This document shows, in pieces, positions 37,309 through 47,181 of a stretch of 64,000 bases of DNA. Positions within the stretch are counted from its first letter, which is position 1. Every line of letters begins with the position of its first letter. The position numbers and the translations under genes are program-made. The stretch is from an uncultured virus (IMG/VR IMGVR_UViG_3300020182_000015) (lineage: Duplodnaviria > Heunggongvirae > Uroviricota > Caudoviricetes), in the IMG/VR virus record IMGVR_UViG_3300020182_000015; one strand, 5' to 3'. Below the pieces are notes generated by a model. It searched no databases and was not told where the DNA came from. It saw nothing but the letters and a program-made list of their open reading frames with translations.

Positions 37309-38015
37309 TGTTGCGAATTATTGTTTCTAAATGGGGGGATATGTATGGAGAGGAATACATAGACAAACTTAAAGAAAGTATTGCAAAATACACTACTGTT
37401 GATTGGGACTTAACAGTTATTAGAGATTGCCATACCGATTGGGAGCATTATAGCAAGAAATGGTTTCGAGGAGAGGGTAATCCATCTGTTGTACAAGGTG
37501 AAGGTTTTCAAAATGGTTATCACCATTATAATTTAGGAGGTATTCCTCTTTATAGAAAAATGTATCCCTTTGGTTTAGATGATTTCGCAGATGATAATGA
37601 TACTATCATTATGATGGATATAGATATGTTAATCACCGCGGATTTAAAATATTTTACAACTTTAAATTTTGATAAACCTTGGGTACAATATGATTATAAT
37701 ATGGAAAAAACAGATAAAAATAGATTAATAAAAGATTTTATTAATCAGAATATTACTCCGATCAATACATCTGTTACTGTCTGGAAAAAAGGTCAATTAA
37801 AACCAGTATATGATTTAGTTAATCAGTATAAAGATGAAATATTTTTTACTTATCGCAGAGTTGATGCTTATGTATGGTATAGATTCGGAGTAAAAGAATT
37901 TTTTAATTTTTTGCCCCCTTTAGCTGTTGATTGGTATTCTAATAATAGTAATGCCATTATAAAAAATATGGCAGGTGAACCTATTAAATTAAAGAATAAA
38001 ATTATTTTAACATGA
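37308..38015 (+). CDS. GT-A fold glycosyltransferase (KWG..Y type)
   Basis: SKWGDMYGEEYIDKL, MMDIDMLI, INTSVTVW. Confidence 0.82.
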   Translation: MLRIIVSKWGDMYGEEYIDKLKESIAKYTTVDWDLTVIRDCHTDWEHYSKKWFRGEGNPSVVQGEGFQNGYHHYNLGGIPLYRKMYPFGLDDFADDNDTIIMMDIDMLITADLKYFTTLNFDKPWVQYDYNMEKTDKNRLIKDFINQNITPINTSVTVWKKGQLKPVYDLVNQYKDEIFFTYRRVDAYVWYRFGVKEFFNFLPPLAVDWYSNNSNAIIKNMAGEPIKLKNKIILT

Positions 38016-38206
38016 TTAAAGTATGGACGCTTGCAATTATAACATATAGTATGGTCTGGGCTGGTGGGGCAATGACTTTAATAAAAATATGTCATTATCA
38101 GAATCCCGATGCTAGTTGGGATTATGTTCAGTTATCATTAAACCGATGGCAAGTTTGTCCACCATTTATTGAAAAGAAATCTAAGTATGCAAAACCAAAA
38201 AAATAG
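38012..38206 (+). CDS. Small putative membrane/secreted protein
   Basis: Hydrophobic N-half, two Cys; ATGA overlap with upstream stop. Confidence 0.5.
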   Translation: MIKVWTLAIITYSMVWAGGAMTLIKICHYQNPDASWDYVQLSLNRWQVCPPFIEKKSKYAKPKK

Positions 38207-38942
38207 AATTATATGCACTAAATGGGGTAGTGGATATGGAGATAAAGATATTGTAAATCTGTATAATTCTGTACAAAAAAATTGTTCTGTTGACATTGAA
38301 TTTGAGTGCTTTGAAAATTTAGAATCCGATTGGGAAGATTATAAATGGAAACATTATAGAGCATCGAATGAACCAGACTATCGAAAAGATATGGTTCAAA
38401 ATAATTATCATAGAGATGATTTTGGCGGAATTCCTCACTATAGGAAAATTCTTCTTTTTGAATTAGATAAAAAATTTAATCCTAATGACAAAATTTTGTA
38501 TTTAGATTTAGATACACTTATCACTGGCGATTTGGCGTATTTTTTTGAAGATTTAAATATTGATAAGCCATATATAGTTTGGAATTATTGGTGGGACCAT
38601 CCTTATTTTGAAAGCGGCTCAGAATGGAAAAGACAATATTCTATTACCCGTTGCCCATTATTTAATAGTTCAACTATGCTATGGAAACCCGGCCAAAATA
38701 AACCAATATATAATCATATAGCGCAATACACTGACGAAGTATTTTTTACTTATCCATCAATGGATACTTTTATGTTTCATAACTTTGGTCCTTGTAACAG
38801 CAGCAAAAATAAAAACCACTTTCAATATTTTGATGAAGGTATTATAACGTCCGAAAGAATTAATTCTATTGAAGACGGAGAAGCCGGAATTATTCATATG
38901 TTGGAAGGATTATCTAATGAAGAAAAGTCTAAGTATGTATAA
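38187..38942 (+). CDS. GT-A fold glycosyltransferase (KWG..Y type)
   Basis: CTKWGSGY, ILYLDLDTLI, FNSSTMLW, MDTFM; start reassigned to ATG 38187. Confidence 0.82.
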   Translation: MQNQKNRIICTKWGSGYGDKDIVNLYNSVQKNCSVDIEFECFENLESDWEDYKWKHYRASNEPDYRKDMVQNNYHRDDFGGIPHYRKILLFELDKKFNPNDKILYLDLDTLITGDLAYFFEDLNIDKPYIVWNYWWDHPYFESGSEWKRQYSITRCPLFNSSTMLWKPGQNKPIYNHIAQYTDEVFFTYPSMDTFMFHNFGPCNSSKNKNHFQYFDEGIITSERINSIEDGEAGIIHMLEGLSNEEKSKYV

Positions 38943-39552
38943 TATTGAACCCACTGATGCTATAAGATACAGTAAATTATTTAACCGTATTAAATGGGAA
39001 TTCCCTTGGTTTTTTGATCAAGTAAAGGATCAAATAAGTGATACTGAATTTCAAATTCAAAAATGGTGGGCTAATCGAATAGATCTCATTGATAAAAAAG
39101 TTAATATTCTTTCCTCGGGCATTGGATTTTATTCAGTACCGTTTTGCTATGAAAAATGCGCTAAACATATTAATGCCTATGATATGGATCCTACCACCGA
39201 TATTCTTTCCAGAGATATTAATAGATTTTATTTTCCAATTTTTGAACATCACCAGAATAATATTATTTTTGATAGAGAATTATTAGATGTATCTGCGGAT
39301 ATTTGGATTAATACCAGTTGTGAACATAGTTATTATATGAAAGATATTATTCCGACTGGTAAGCTATGTGTTTTATCTGGTAATGATTGTTCAAAACGTG
39401 GTCATATCAATTTAATTAATTCAGTTGACCAATTAATTAACCAGACCGGATTATCTTCTATACTTTTTACTGATACAATGCAATTTAATTTTGAAGATGA
39501 TATGGGTAAGCAAGAGTATAATCAGTATTTTGCAATAGGAATTAAGGAATGA
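38935..39552 (+). CDS. Class I SAM-dependent methyltransferase-like protein
   Basis: QKWW, ILSSGIG, YDMD, INTSCEH, HIN, YFAIG; start reassigned to ATG 38935. Confidence 0.68.
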   Translation: MYNIEPTDAIRYSKLFNRIKWEFPWFFDQVKDQISDTEFQIQKWWANRIDLIDKKVNILSSGIGFYSVPFCYEKCAKHINAYDMDPTTDILSRDINRFYFPIFEHHQNNIIFDRELLDVSADIWINTSCEHSYYMKDIIPTGKLCVLSGNDCSKRGHINLINSVDQLINQTGLSSILFTDTMQFNFEDDMGKQEYNQYFAIGIKE

Positions 39553-40439
39553 AAAAAGTTATTTATTCAATTCATGTTGATATTCCAGAACAATTATTAG
39601 ATGAAACCGGATATTCTGTTCATTCTGGAAAAAATAAACACAGAGTTAATCGTGCCGGAGAGACTAAAGACAAATTAAATGCTTATAATAATCGTTTAAT
39701 TTGGACTATGAAGGCATATGCCGATCATATTGATGCTGATTATATTATATACACTTACAATAAAGAATGGATTGACTATTATCTTTATTGTAAAAAAGTT
39801 TATCATAATTTGCCAATGTACCATATTGTGAATTATTATAAACATCATTTAATGCGTAAACTTGCAGATCAATATGATGCTGTTTTTTATGCTGATTTAG
39901 ATGTTATTCCATGGACTAAAGAAAGTGTTTTTGACGCTCACGATTTAAATAAAATTTATGCTAAAAACAATAATGAATTGGCCGAGTGGGGTAAACATGC
40001 CGATTTAACAAAATATAATAGTTGTGATCGAAATCCGGTTATCAAATATTGGAATTGTTATGCTTTATTATTATCTCAAGGCTTTGACCCGGAAAATAAT
40101 GCTATTAATACCGGTACAATGTTAGGTGGTAGTGAAGCTATTAAAAAGCTTGATTGGGATGGGCAATTTGAATACGCGGTAGACTGTATGAAAGCATTAC
40201 AAGATGATACCGCTACAATGTTCCCTAAGGCTTTACATGATAGATTTGCATTTGATAATGAAACTATATTTAGTTACTTAGTAGAAACTCAGCCTATTGA
40301 TTATGCTTCTTTTACTGACGCTTGGCATGGAAGACTTGATGATGATGCAATAAATCCAGAATATAAAATGATTCATGCTATTAATAAACGATTTGATTTA
40401 ATTTGGCCAGATATAAAATATGAAGGTAGAAACCTGTGA
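39549..40439 (+). CDS. GT-A fold glycosyltransferase
   Basis: YADHIDADY, YKHHL, VFYADLD, INTG, DNETIFS, IHAINKRF; paralog of 5941-6792. Confidence 0.82.
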   Translation: MKKVIYSIHVDIPEQLLDETGYSVHSGKNKHRVNRAGETKDKLNAYNNRLIWTMKAYADHIDADYIIYTYNKEWIDYYLYCKKVYHNLPMYHIVNYYKHHLMRKLADQYDAVFYADLDVIPWTKESVFDAHDLNKIYAKNNNELAEWGKHADLTKYNSCDRNPVIKYWNCYALLLSQGFDPENNAINTGTMLGGSEAIKKLDWDGQFEYAVDCMKALQDDTATMFPKALHDRFAFDNETIFSYLVETQPIDYASFTDAWHGRLDDDAINPEYKMIHAINKRFDLIWPDIKYEGRNL

Positions 40440-41092
40440 AAATTTTCCTTTTTAGAATAGGAAATAAATATGGCCCGGAATATGAAACATATTTGAACAA
40501 AAAACTAAAACACTATGATGTAGAGTGGATACATCAACCATTATCATCTGCTGTTGCACTGCAATGGAATAAGATGTTTTTAATGGCATATAATTCTAAT
40601 GATCCAATAGTTGTTATGGATATAGATACTATTCTTTTAAATGATTATACTCAACTATTTGATTACCCTATTCAACCTGGCGAATTTTTAGGAATTCCGG
40701 CATGGTGGTCAAAGAAAACTAATTATCAATTAAATGGTGGATTTTATAAATATTATCCTAAAGAATGTAAATTTATTTTTGATAAGTTTATTGCAGATCC
40801 TAAAAAATGGCAAAGACATTATATTGAAAATGGTACAACTATTGGCCCGGTAAATGGTGAACAGTTTTTTGTTGAGGATACATTAAAAGAACGTTTAAAT
40901 CTTAAACTTATACCAAAATCATGGGTTACTCGGTGGACTCAAAACTCAACTAAAAATGAATATATTAGCCAAAAGTATCCGGGCACTTTAATAAAAGACG
41001 GTAATTTTAATGAAGATATTAAATTAATTCATTTTACAACATCATTAAATAAGCCCCATGACTCAGAGATGTTCAAACATTTATATATTTAG
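40436..41092 (+). CDS. GT-A fold glycosyltransferase
   Basis: IGNKYGPEY, WNKMFL, VMDID, NGGFY, GEQFFV, LIHF. Confidence 0.82.
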   Translation: MKIFLFRIGNKYGPEYETYLNKKLKHYDVEWIHQPLSSAVALQWNKMFLMAYNSNDPIVVMDIDTILLNDYTQLFDYPIQPGEFLGIPAWWSKKTNYQLNGGFYKYYPKECKFIFDKFIADPKKWQRHYIENGTTIGPVNGEQFFVEDTLKERLNLKLIPKSWVTRWTQNSTKNEYISQKYPGTLIKDGNFNEDIKLIHFTTSLNKPHDSEMFKHLYI

Positions 41093-41103
41093 CCCTTAAA
41101 ACA

Positions 41104-41111
41104 TATAAATA
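41104..41111 (+). promoter_or_regulatory. T4-type late promoter
   Basis: TATAAATA before the fibre genes. Confidence 0.8.
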
Positions 41112-41136
41112 TATTGAAGCAAGCTAAGGGTTCTTT

Positions 41137-41802
41137 ATGGCACGGTTTTCAAATTTATCCCAATTAAGTTTAGTCGACTTATCACCTACCGATGAGATTT
41201 TAATTAATGATATTAGCGTAGAAGGAAATGATTCTTCTGCGTTTAAAAAGCTTTCCGCAATAGATTTTGCTACTTATGCCGTTACATTAATAGCCACGGA
41301 AGCTGACCCAGTTATACAAACAGATTCTGCCAATCTTAATTTTAATATTGGTGACAATTCCCCAACTTTAAAAGACAGTAATGGTCAAGTTACTTTTTTT
41401 ATACCAACCGACTCAAGTGGAATAATAAATAATATTATTGTGCAAGGTCAAGTTACTGATTTAGCAAATCATACTACAACAGATCTTGCTGAAGGTAATA
41501 ATTTATATTATACTACTGCACGATCAGATAGTGCTTTTGATGTAAGGTTTACTACAAAATCTACTACTAATCTTGTTGAAGGTAATAATTTATATTATAC
41601 TGATAATCGGGTACAAGAATATATTGGATCAGGAATTCATTTTCAGACTTATGAAAGTAAACCTATTCCGGATGTTGGTACTTGGTTGTATATGGATTCT
41701 ATTGGAGATGGCGCCACATCATTATATTTTTCCCATGCTAATGGCCAAAAAGATGAATTAATTAGTAAAAATCGTGCCATACTATACAGTCTAATTTTTT
41801 AA
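41137..41802 (+). CDS. Fibre-related structural protein
   Basis: Two TT(D/N)L(A/V)EGNNLYYT repeats; C-terminal ELISKNRAILYSLIF. Confidence 0.7.
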   Translation: MARFSNLSQLSLVDLSPTDEILINDISVEGNDSSAFKKLSAIDFATYAVTLIATEADPVIQTDSANLNFNIGDNSPTLKDSNGQVTFFIPTDSSGIINNIIVQGQVTDLANHTTTDLAEGNNLYYTTARSDSAFDVRFTTKSTTNLVEGNNLYYTDNRVQEYIGSGIHFQTYESKPIPDVGTWLYMDSIGDGATSLYFSHANGQKDELISKNRAILYSLIF

Positions 41803-41812
41803 GGAACAAAAA

Positions 41813-42127
41813 ATGTCTATTATCAATAATAATCTTAGCACCTCTAATACTACTATGCTAACTGTTCCTGCTGCCACACGATATGCAATTATTTCAATTA
41901 TTTCTTGTAATATATCGGTTTCTACTGCTTCATTAACACTTTATATAATACCATCTGGTCAATCTGCATCGAATAGAAATTTAATATTAAAGGCTGTAAA
42001 TATTCAGGCAAGCGATACATTTACTCTTAATGCTGAACGGATTGTATTAGACGCCGGAGATTCTATTGTAGCTGTTGCATCGGCTGATCCTGCTTTAAAT
42101 CTTACAATTAGTTATTTGGAAGTATAA
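41813..42127 (+). CDS. Small beta-rich virion protein
   Basis: 104 aa, TAAGGA RBS, ERIVLDAGDSI...ISYLEV; coupled to the fibre gene. Confidence 0.7.
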   Translation: MSIINNNLSTSNTTMLTVPAATRYAIISIISCNISVSTASLTLYIIPSGQSASNRNLILKAVNIQASDTFTLNAERIVLDAGDSIVAVASADPALNLTISYLEV

Positions 42128-45100
42128 TGGCATTTATTAAAACAATAAGCTTAGATAATCGTAATTATTCCGATACTACAGTTATTATAACTCAAAATGA
42201 AAATATAGAATTAAATCCGCTTGGCGGTATTGTTACCATTAATGGAAATTTAATTACTAGCAATTCTGCCACATTTAATAGTGATGTTACAATTGTTGGT
42301 CCATTAGCGGTTCAGGATTCCGCAACATTTAATAGTGATGTTACAATTGTTGGTCCATTAGCGGTTCAGGATTCCGCAACATTTAATAGTGATGTTATTA
42401 TAGCTGGGGACTTAAGATCTCCTATTGGTGGCAACCCTTTAATTATTAATGATAATTTAGATGTTAGCGGTAATGTTCAAATTTATGGCAATTTGCAAAT
42501 TCAGGGAACAGAAACAACTATCAATAGCCAAACAGTTACTATTAATGATAAAAATATTGTATTGGCTGATTCTGCCGTAGATTATTTTTCTGCAAATGGC
42601 GCAGGGCTTACTATTGGTGGTTCTTTTTATGATAGCGCAAATTTAGTTAAACCGCATATAATTTATGCTTCACTTCCAGATGCATGGGAAGTAAATAAAC
42701 AATTAAATATTTTAAATGATACTACAATAAATGCAATGGGAATAACTTCCAATGCATTAACTATTGAAAACACGTCTGTTGATTCAACAGGAATAACTTC
42801 GAATGTATTAACTATTGAAAACACATCTGTTGATTCAACTGGTATTGATACAAATAGTCTTGATGTTACGGGCGGTATCACTGCTGGTTCGGTTTTGGTG
42901 GGTAATGTTCTTATTGATTCGGTTGGGCTCACATTAACTGGTAATGCTGGTATTGATTTGGGCGATAATATTCAACTTGATGATACTGGGCTTACTATTG
43001 AGACAGTAAAAGCAGGTGATGCTGGCCATACTCGAGTTGATGATACTGGATTTACTATTCAAGATAGCGATGGCGATACTATTGTATTATTAACGCAAAC
43101 TGGATTATATCTATATGATAGCGCTGGCATTGAAACAAATTCAATAACAGAATTAGGTTATAGCGGTAATTATATTCAATTTGATTCTGATTGGGATTCT
43201 TCTTTAAGTGCAGCAATAGATTTATATCAAGATATTAAATTTAATTCTACTGATAGAAAATTAGAATTAAATTTAATGAGAATTGGTCGATATGCCCATA
43301 CTGCAAATGATCTGGGCATTGCTGAAGCCAATTATGCTAATGATTTTAATACCGATTATGATCCTGGCGCAACATTATTTGAACAATACGACAGTTTAAA
43401 TAGAATTATTTATTTTACAGAAATTGATAATCATCCTGGAATAGCATATTATAAAAATGCCGCAAATGATCCGGATCCGTATTTAATTGATAATACCTAT
43501 AATAGTGAATATTTTGGCGGTGATTCCGAATATCAAGCCGGTAGATTTTATCATAATCCGGTTTTAAGAAAAACTTGGTATATTGATAGATATCTTCCGC
43601 AGCCGCAACTTATATCGGAGCATCATAGACACACTGATGATTTAAGGGAAGGCAATTTAAATTATTATTGGACAGATGAAAGATTTGATTCTGCCTTTAG
43701 ACAAAACCTACCGGCTTTTCAATATGAAATTTCTGCTAATATTATTATTCAAGGATTTAATTTTGATTCTGAAGAAGGCTTACAACTAGCGTTTACTAGC
43801 GACTCAATAGCAGAAGGTCCTAATAATTTATATTATACCGATGCTCGAGTTAATAATTATCTTTCGGTTGTTCAAGAAGATTCCAGTGCAGCAGGATATC
43901 CGGGTGGGAAGTTAACTTATTCTAATGGAATATTTACATTTTCACCTTCAGCTGATATTGATGCCTTCCTTACCGCTGCGGATATTGCTGATTTTATTAC
44001 TACCGAAACCGATCCAATATTTTCAGCACATGCTGCCGCTAATATAACATCAGGAGATATTGATAATTTAGCAACATTATCTGAATTTTCGGATTTAACA
44101 TTTGTACAACAATTAGCAACAGCTGATGGTACTAGTTGGGATACCGCTTTTGGATGGGGAGACCATGCTTCTGCCGGATATTTAACCAGTGCATCAATTG
44201 ACAATTTACATACTGATGAATTAGCAGATAGTTGGTTATCCTCCGCGCTTGTAGCTAATATCATATCTGCTACTAATGCCGATGTTACTAATTGGAATAC
44301 TGCATATGGATGGGGTGATCATTCTACTGCTGGCTATCTTAGTGCTGTATCAATTAATACCGAAATTGATAGCTGGATGACCGATAATATTGCCCCAACT
44401 ATTATCTCTGCTACTGACGACGATGTTACTAATTGGAATACTGCTTATAGCCAAAGTCAAGCAGATTATATTCGGGAAGGTGAGTTTCAAAGTCATTTTG
44501 ATTCAGCATTTAATGCAGATTTCCAGCCAGTATTTGACGCTGCCTTTAAATCTGCAATTGATAGCGACTTTCCGGTTTTATTTGATTCTGGATTTAATGC
44601 TAGTTTTGCCGCTGCGTTTAATACCGCTTTTGATTCTGGCTTTGATTCCGCTTTTAATAGTGCACTAGAACTTGTTACTACAGATGATTTAGCTGAAGGA
44701 TCTGTTAATAGATATCTCACTCAAACCGGATTTAATGCATATTTTAATCTTAAGACTACTGACAATCTAGCCGAAACAGATGATAATTTTTATTATAAAA
44801 GTATTAGATTTGATTCAGACTTTAATACAAAAAGCACAAATGATTTAAATGAAGGTAGTAGGGCTAGACTTTATTATAATAGATCGCGATTTGATTCGGA
44901 TTTTCTCGATGCATTCAGCGGATCTCTTAATAGTGCATTAGATCTTAAGACTACAGATGATTTAGCTGAAGGATCTGTTAATAGATATCTCACTCAAACC
45001 GGATTTAATGCATATTTTAATCTTAAGACTACAGATAATTTAGCTGAAACAGATGATAATTTTTATTATAAAAAATTGCGATTTGATTCGGACTTTAATA

Positions 45101-47178
45101 CAAAAAGCACAAATGATTTAAATGAAGGTAGCAGTGCTAGACTTTATTATAATAGATCGCGATTTGATTCAGATTTTCTTGATGCATTCAGCGGATCCCT
45201 TGTTTTATCACTTGGTGATATTTTTGAGCAAGATAGTCCAAATGCTCCGCGTAGATTAGATCTTACAATAGCGGCCAGAAACGCTCTTGATAGTGCATCT
45301 TTATCAGATATTGGTGATGTAAATGATGCATTAACCCCAAGTGATGGTCAAGTTCTTACATGGAATAATGCTGAGCAATATTGGACAAATTCGACATTAC
45401 CAGCTGGTTATGGTGATAATAATGTTGCGGCTCTTCTTAATGGTAATTTAACATCTAATATTATTCCGTCAGTAGATAAAGGTATTTCGCTAGGAGATTC
45501 CTCACATAGATTTAATGCAATACATGCTGCAGATTTGTTTATTAATTCACAAACTATTAACTTTACTTCTGGCGAAGGTACCGAACGAACCACCGTTGCA
45601 ACATTAAGTTATAATGCAGCTGCTGGTAATTTTGGATTTGCTGATATAAATGGCGGCGCATTAAGTCTAGATTCTAGTTCTATTTCAAATACTATTGCTC
45701 GAGTATCTTATGTTGATACTCAAATTGCGAATTTAATTAATGGGGCCGGCCCGGCATTTGATACATTAAACGAATTAGCAGTAGCTTTAGAAAGCGGAGA
45801 TGCCGATTTACTTTCTGCTATAAATGCAATTCAAGGCTTTAGCGGAAATTATAATGATTTAAGTAATTTACCAACATTGTTTGATGGTGCATATTCTTCA
45901 TTAAGCGGGTTGCCAACATTGTTTGATGGTGCATATTCTTCATTAAGCGGGTTGCCAAATATACTAGATTCCGCCGATATTACTAATGTAATTGATGCTA
46001 CATATATTCAGGCCAATCAAACAGCTCAAGATTTTGCTTATGCATCGTTAACTGGTTCACCGACTAATGTATCGAACTTCACAAATGATGCTGGCTACAT
46101 TACTTCGGTTGGAATAATTAGTTATAATAATTTAGCTGATTTACCAACATTGTTTGATGGTGCATATAGCTCTTTAACCGGAACGCCAAATGTTCTTGAT
46201 TCCGCCGATATTACCAATGTAGTTGACGCTACATATATTCAAACAAATCAGACAGCTCAAGACTTTGCTTATTCTAGCCTAACCGATGCACCGACTAATG
46301 TATCAGACTTCACAAATGATGCTGGCTACATTACTTCGGTTGGAATAATTAGTTATAATGATTTAACTGATTTACCAACAATTCCATCAGATTTAACCGA
46401 TTTGGGTATTTCTGATGGTACTAATGGACAAATATTAACAACTGATGGTAGTGGCAATTTCACATTTACGGATGCCCCATTAGGCTTTAGCGGAAATTAT
46501 AATGATTTAAGTAATCTGCCAACAATCCCAGATGAACCGGCTATTAATAGAAATAGTGGAACTCCTACTTTAGCTACTGGCGTGACTGCATCAGAAATAC
46601 GATCACTCATCGGCGCTGGTACGTCTGATATAACACTTGGGGCGAATACCTGGACTGGTTTACAAACATTTAATGCTGGCGCAACAATTCCAACTAATCA
46701 AACATTAAATTTGGGCAATGTAGAATTACTTTCAGCTTCAAATTTAGTTATGGATGTTAACTCTGGCGATTTCTTTATTAGAGATGGAAATAATGCCAAT
46801 ACAGTAAGATTTGCTTTTGACATTTCATCTGGCCATTTTCAAGCAGATGGTAATATTACTGCCTATCAAGCAACATTTGTATCGGATCAAAGGCTAAAAC
46901 AAAATATAATTAATATTGAAGCTCCACTTGAAAAAATTAAACACTTAAATGGTGTTAATTTTGAATGGATATCGAGCGGAATTAAATCGGCTGGAGTTAT
47001 TGCGCAAGATGTTGAAACAGTATTACCCGAGGCAGTTTTTGAAAATATTAATAAAAATACCGGCGCAGAATATAAAACCGTTAATTATGATGCACTCCAT
47101 TCTATATACATTGAAGCTATTAAAGAGCTAACCCAAAAAGTTGAAGCTCTTGAAATTCAATTACAAAATAAGAATTAA
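42127..47178 (+). CDS. Long tail fibre with C-terminal intramolecular chaperone (peptidase S74)
   Basis: Fibre repeats (WNTAYGWGDH, TTDDLAEG, YNDLSNLP); C-terminal SDQRLKQNI...LNGVNFEW...AGVIAQDVETVLPEAV...IEAIKEL. Confidence 0.88.
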   Translation: MAFIKTISLDNRNYSDTTVIITQNENIELNPLGGIVTINGNLITSNSATFNSDVTIVGPLAVQDSATFNSDVTIVGPLAVQDSATFNSDVIIAGDLRSPIGGNPLIINDNLDVSGNVQIYGNLQIQGTETTINSQTVTINDKNIVLADSAVDYFSANGAGLTIGGSFYDSANLVKPHIIYASLPDAWEVNKQLNILNDTTINAMGITSNALTIENTSVDSTGITSNVLTIENTSVDSTGIDTNSLDVTGGITAGSVLVGNVLIDSVGLTLTGNAGIDLGDNIQLDDTGLTIETVKAGDAGHTRVDDTGFTIQDSDGDTIVLLTQTGLYLYDSAGIETNSITELGYSGNYIQFDSDWDSSLSAAIDLYQDIKFNSTDRKLELNLMRIGRYAHTANDLGIAEANYANDFNTDYDPGATLFEQYDSLNRIIYFTEIDNHPGIAYYKNAANDPDPYLIDNTYNSEYFGGDSEYQAGRFYHNPVLRKTWYIDRYLPQPQLISEHHRHTDDLREGNLNYYWTDERFDSAFRQNLPAFQYEISANIIIQGFNFDSEEGLQLAFTSDSIAEGPNNLYYTDARVNNYLSVVQEDSSAAGYPGGKLTYSNGIFTFSPSADIDAFLTAADIADFITTETDPIFSAHAAANITSGDIDNLATLSEFSDLTFVQQLATADGTSWDTAFGWGDHASAGYLTSASIDNLHTDELADSWLSSALVANIISATNADVTNWNTAYGWGDHSTAGYLSAVSINTEIDSWMTDNIAPTIISATDDDVTNWNTAYSQSQADYIREGEFQSHFDSAFNADFQPVFDAAFKSAIDSDFPVLFDSGFNASFAAAFNTAFDSGFDSAFNSALELVTTDDLAEGSVNRYLTQTGFNAYFNLKTTDNLAETDDNFYYKSIRFDSDFNTKSTNDLNEGSRARLYYNRSRFDSDFLDAFSGSLNSALDLKTTDDLAEGSVNRYLTQTGFNAYFNLKTTDNLAETDDNFYYKKLRFDSDFNTKSTNDLNEGSSARLYYNRSRFDSDFLDAFSGSLVLSLGDIFEQDSPNAPRRLDLTIAARNALDSASLSDIGDVNDALTPSDGQVLTWNNAEQYWTNSTLPAGYGDNNVAALLNGNLTSNIIPSVDKGISLGDSSHRFNAIHAADLFINSQTINFTSGEGTERTTVATLSYNAAAGNFGFADINGGALSLDSSSISNTIARVSYVDTQIANLINGAGPAFDTLNELAVALESGDADLLSAINAIQGFSGNYNDLSNLPTLFDGAYSSLSGLPTLFDGAYSSLSGLPNILDSADITNVIDATYIQANQTAQDFAYASLTGSPTNVSNFTNDAGYITSVGIISYNNLADLPTLFDGAYSSLTGTPNVLDSADITNVVDATYIQTNQTAQDFAYSSLTDAPTNVSDFTNDAGYITSVGIISYNDLTDLPTIPSDLTDLGISDGTNGQILTTDGSGNFTFTDAPLGFSGNYNDLSNLPTIPDEPAINRNSGTPTLATGVTASEIRSLIGAGTSDITLGANTWTGLQTFNAGATIPTNQTLNLGNVELLSASNLVMDVNSGDFFIRDGNNANTVRFAFDISSGHFQADGNITAYQATFVSDQRLKQNIINIEAPLEKIKHLNGVNFEWISSGIKSAGVIAQDVETVLPEAVFENINKNTGAEYKTVNYDALHSIYIEAIKELTQKVEALEIQLQNKN
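44677..45200 (+). repeat. Near-identical tandem duplication with 273-bp (91 aa) period in the fibre gene
   Basis: ACTACAGATGATTTAGCTGAAGGATCTGTTAATAGATATCTC... starts at 44677 and again at 44950. Confidence 0.9.
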
Positions 47179-47181
47179 ATA

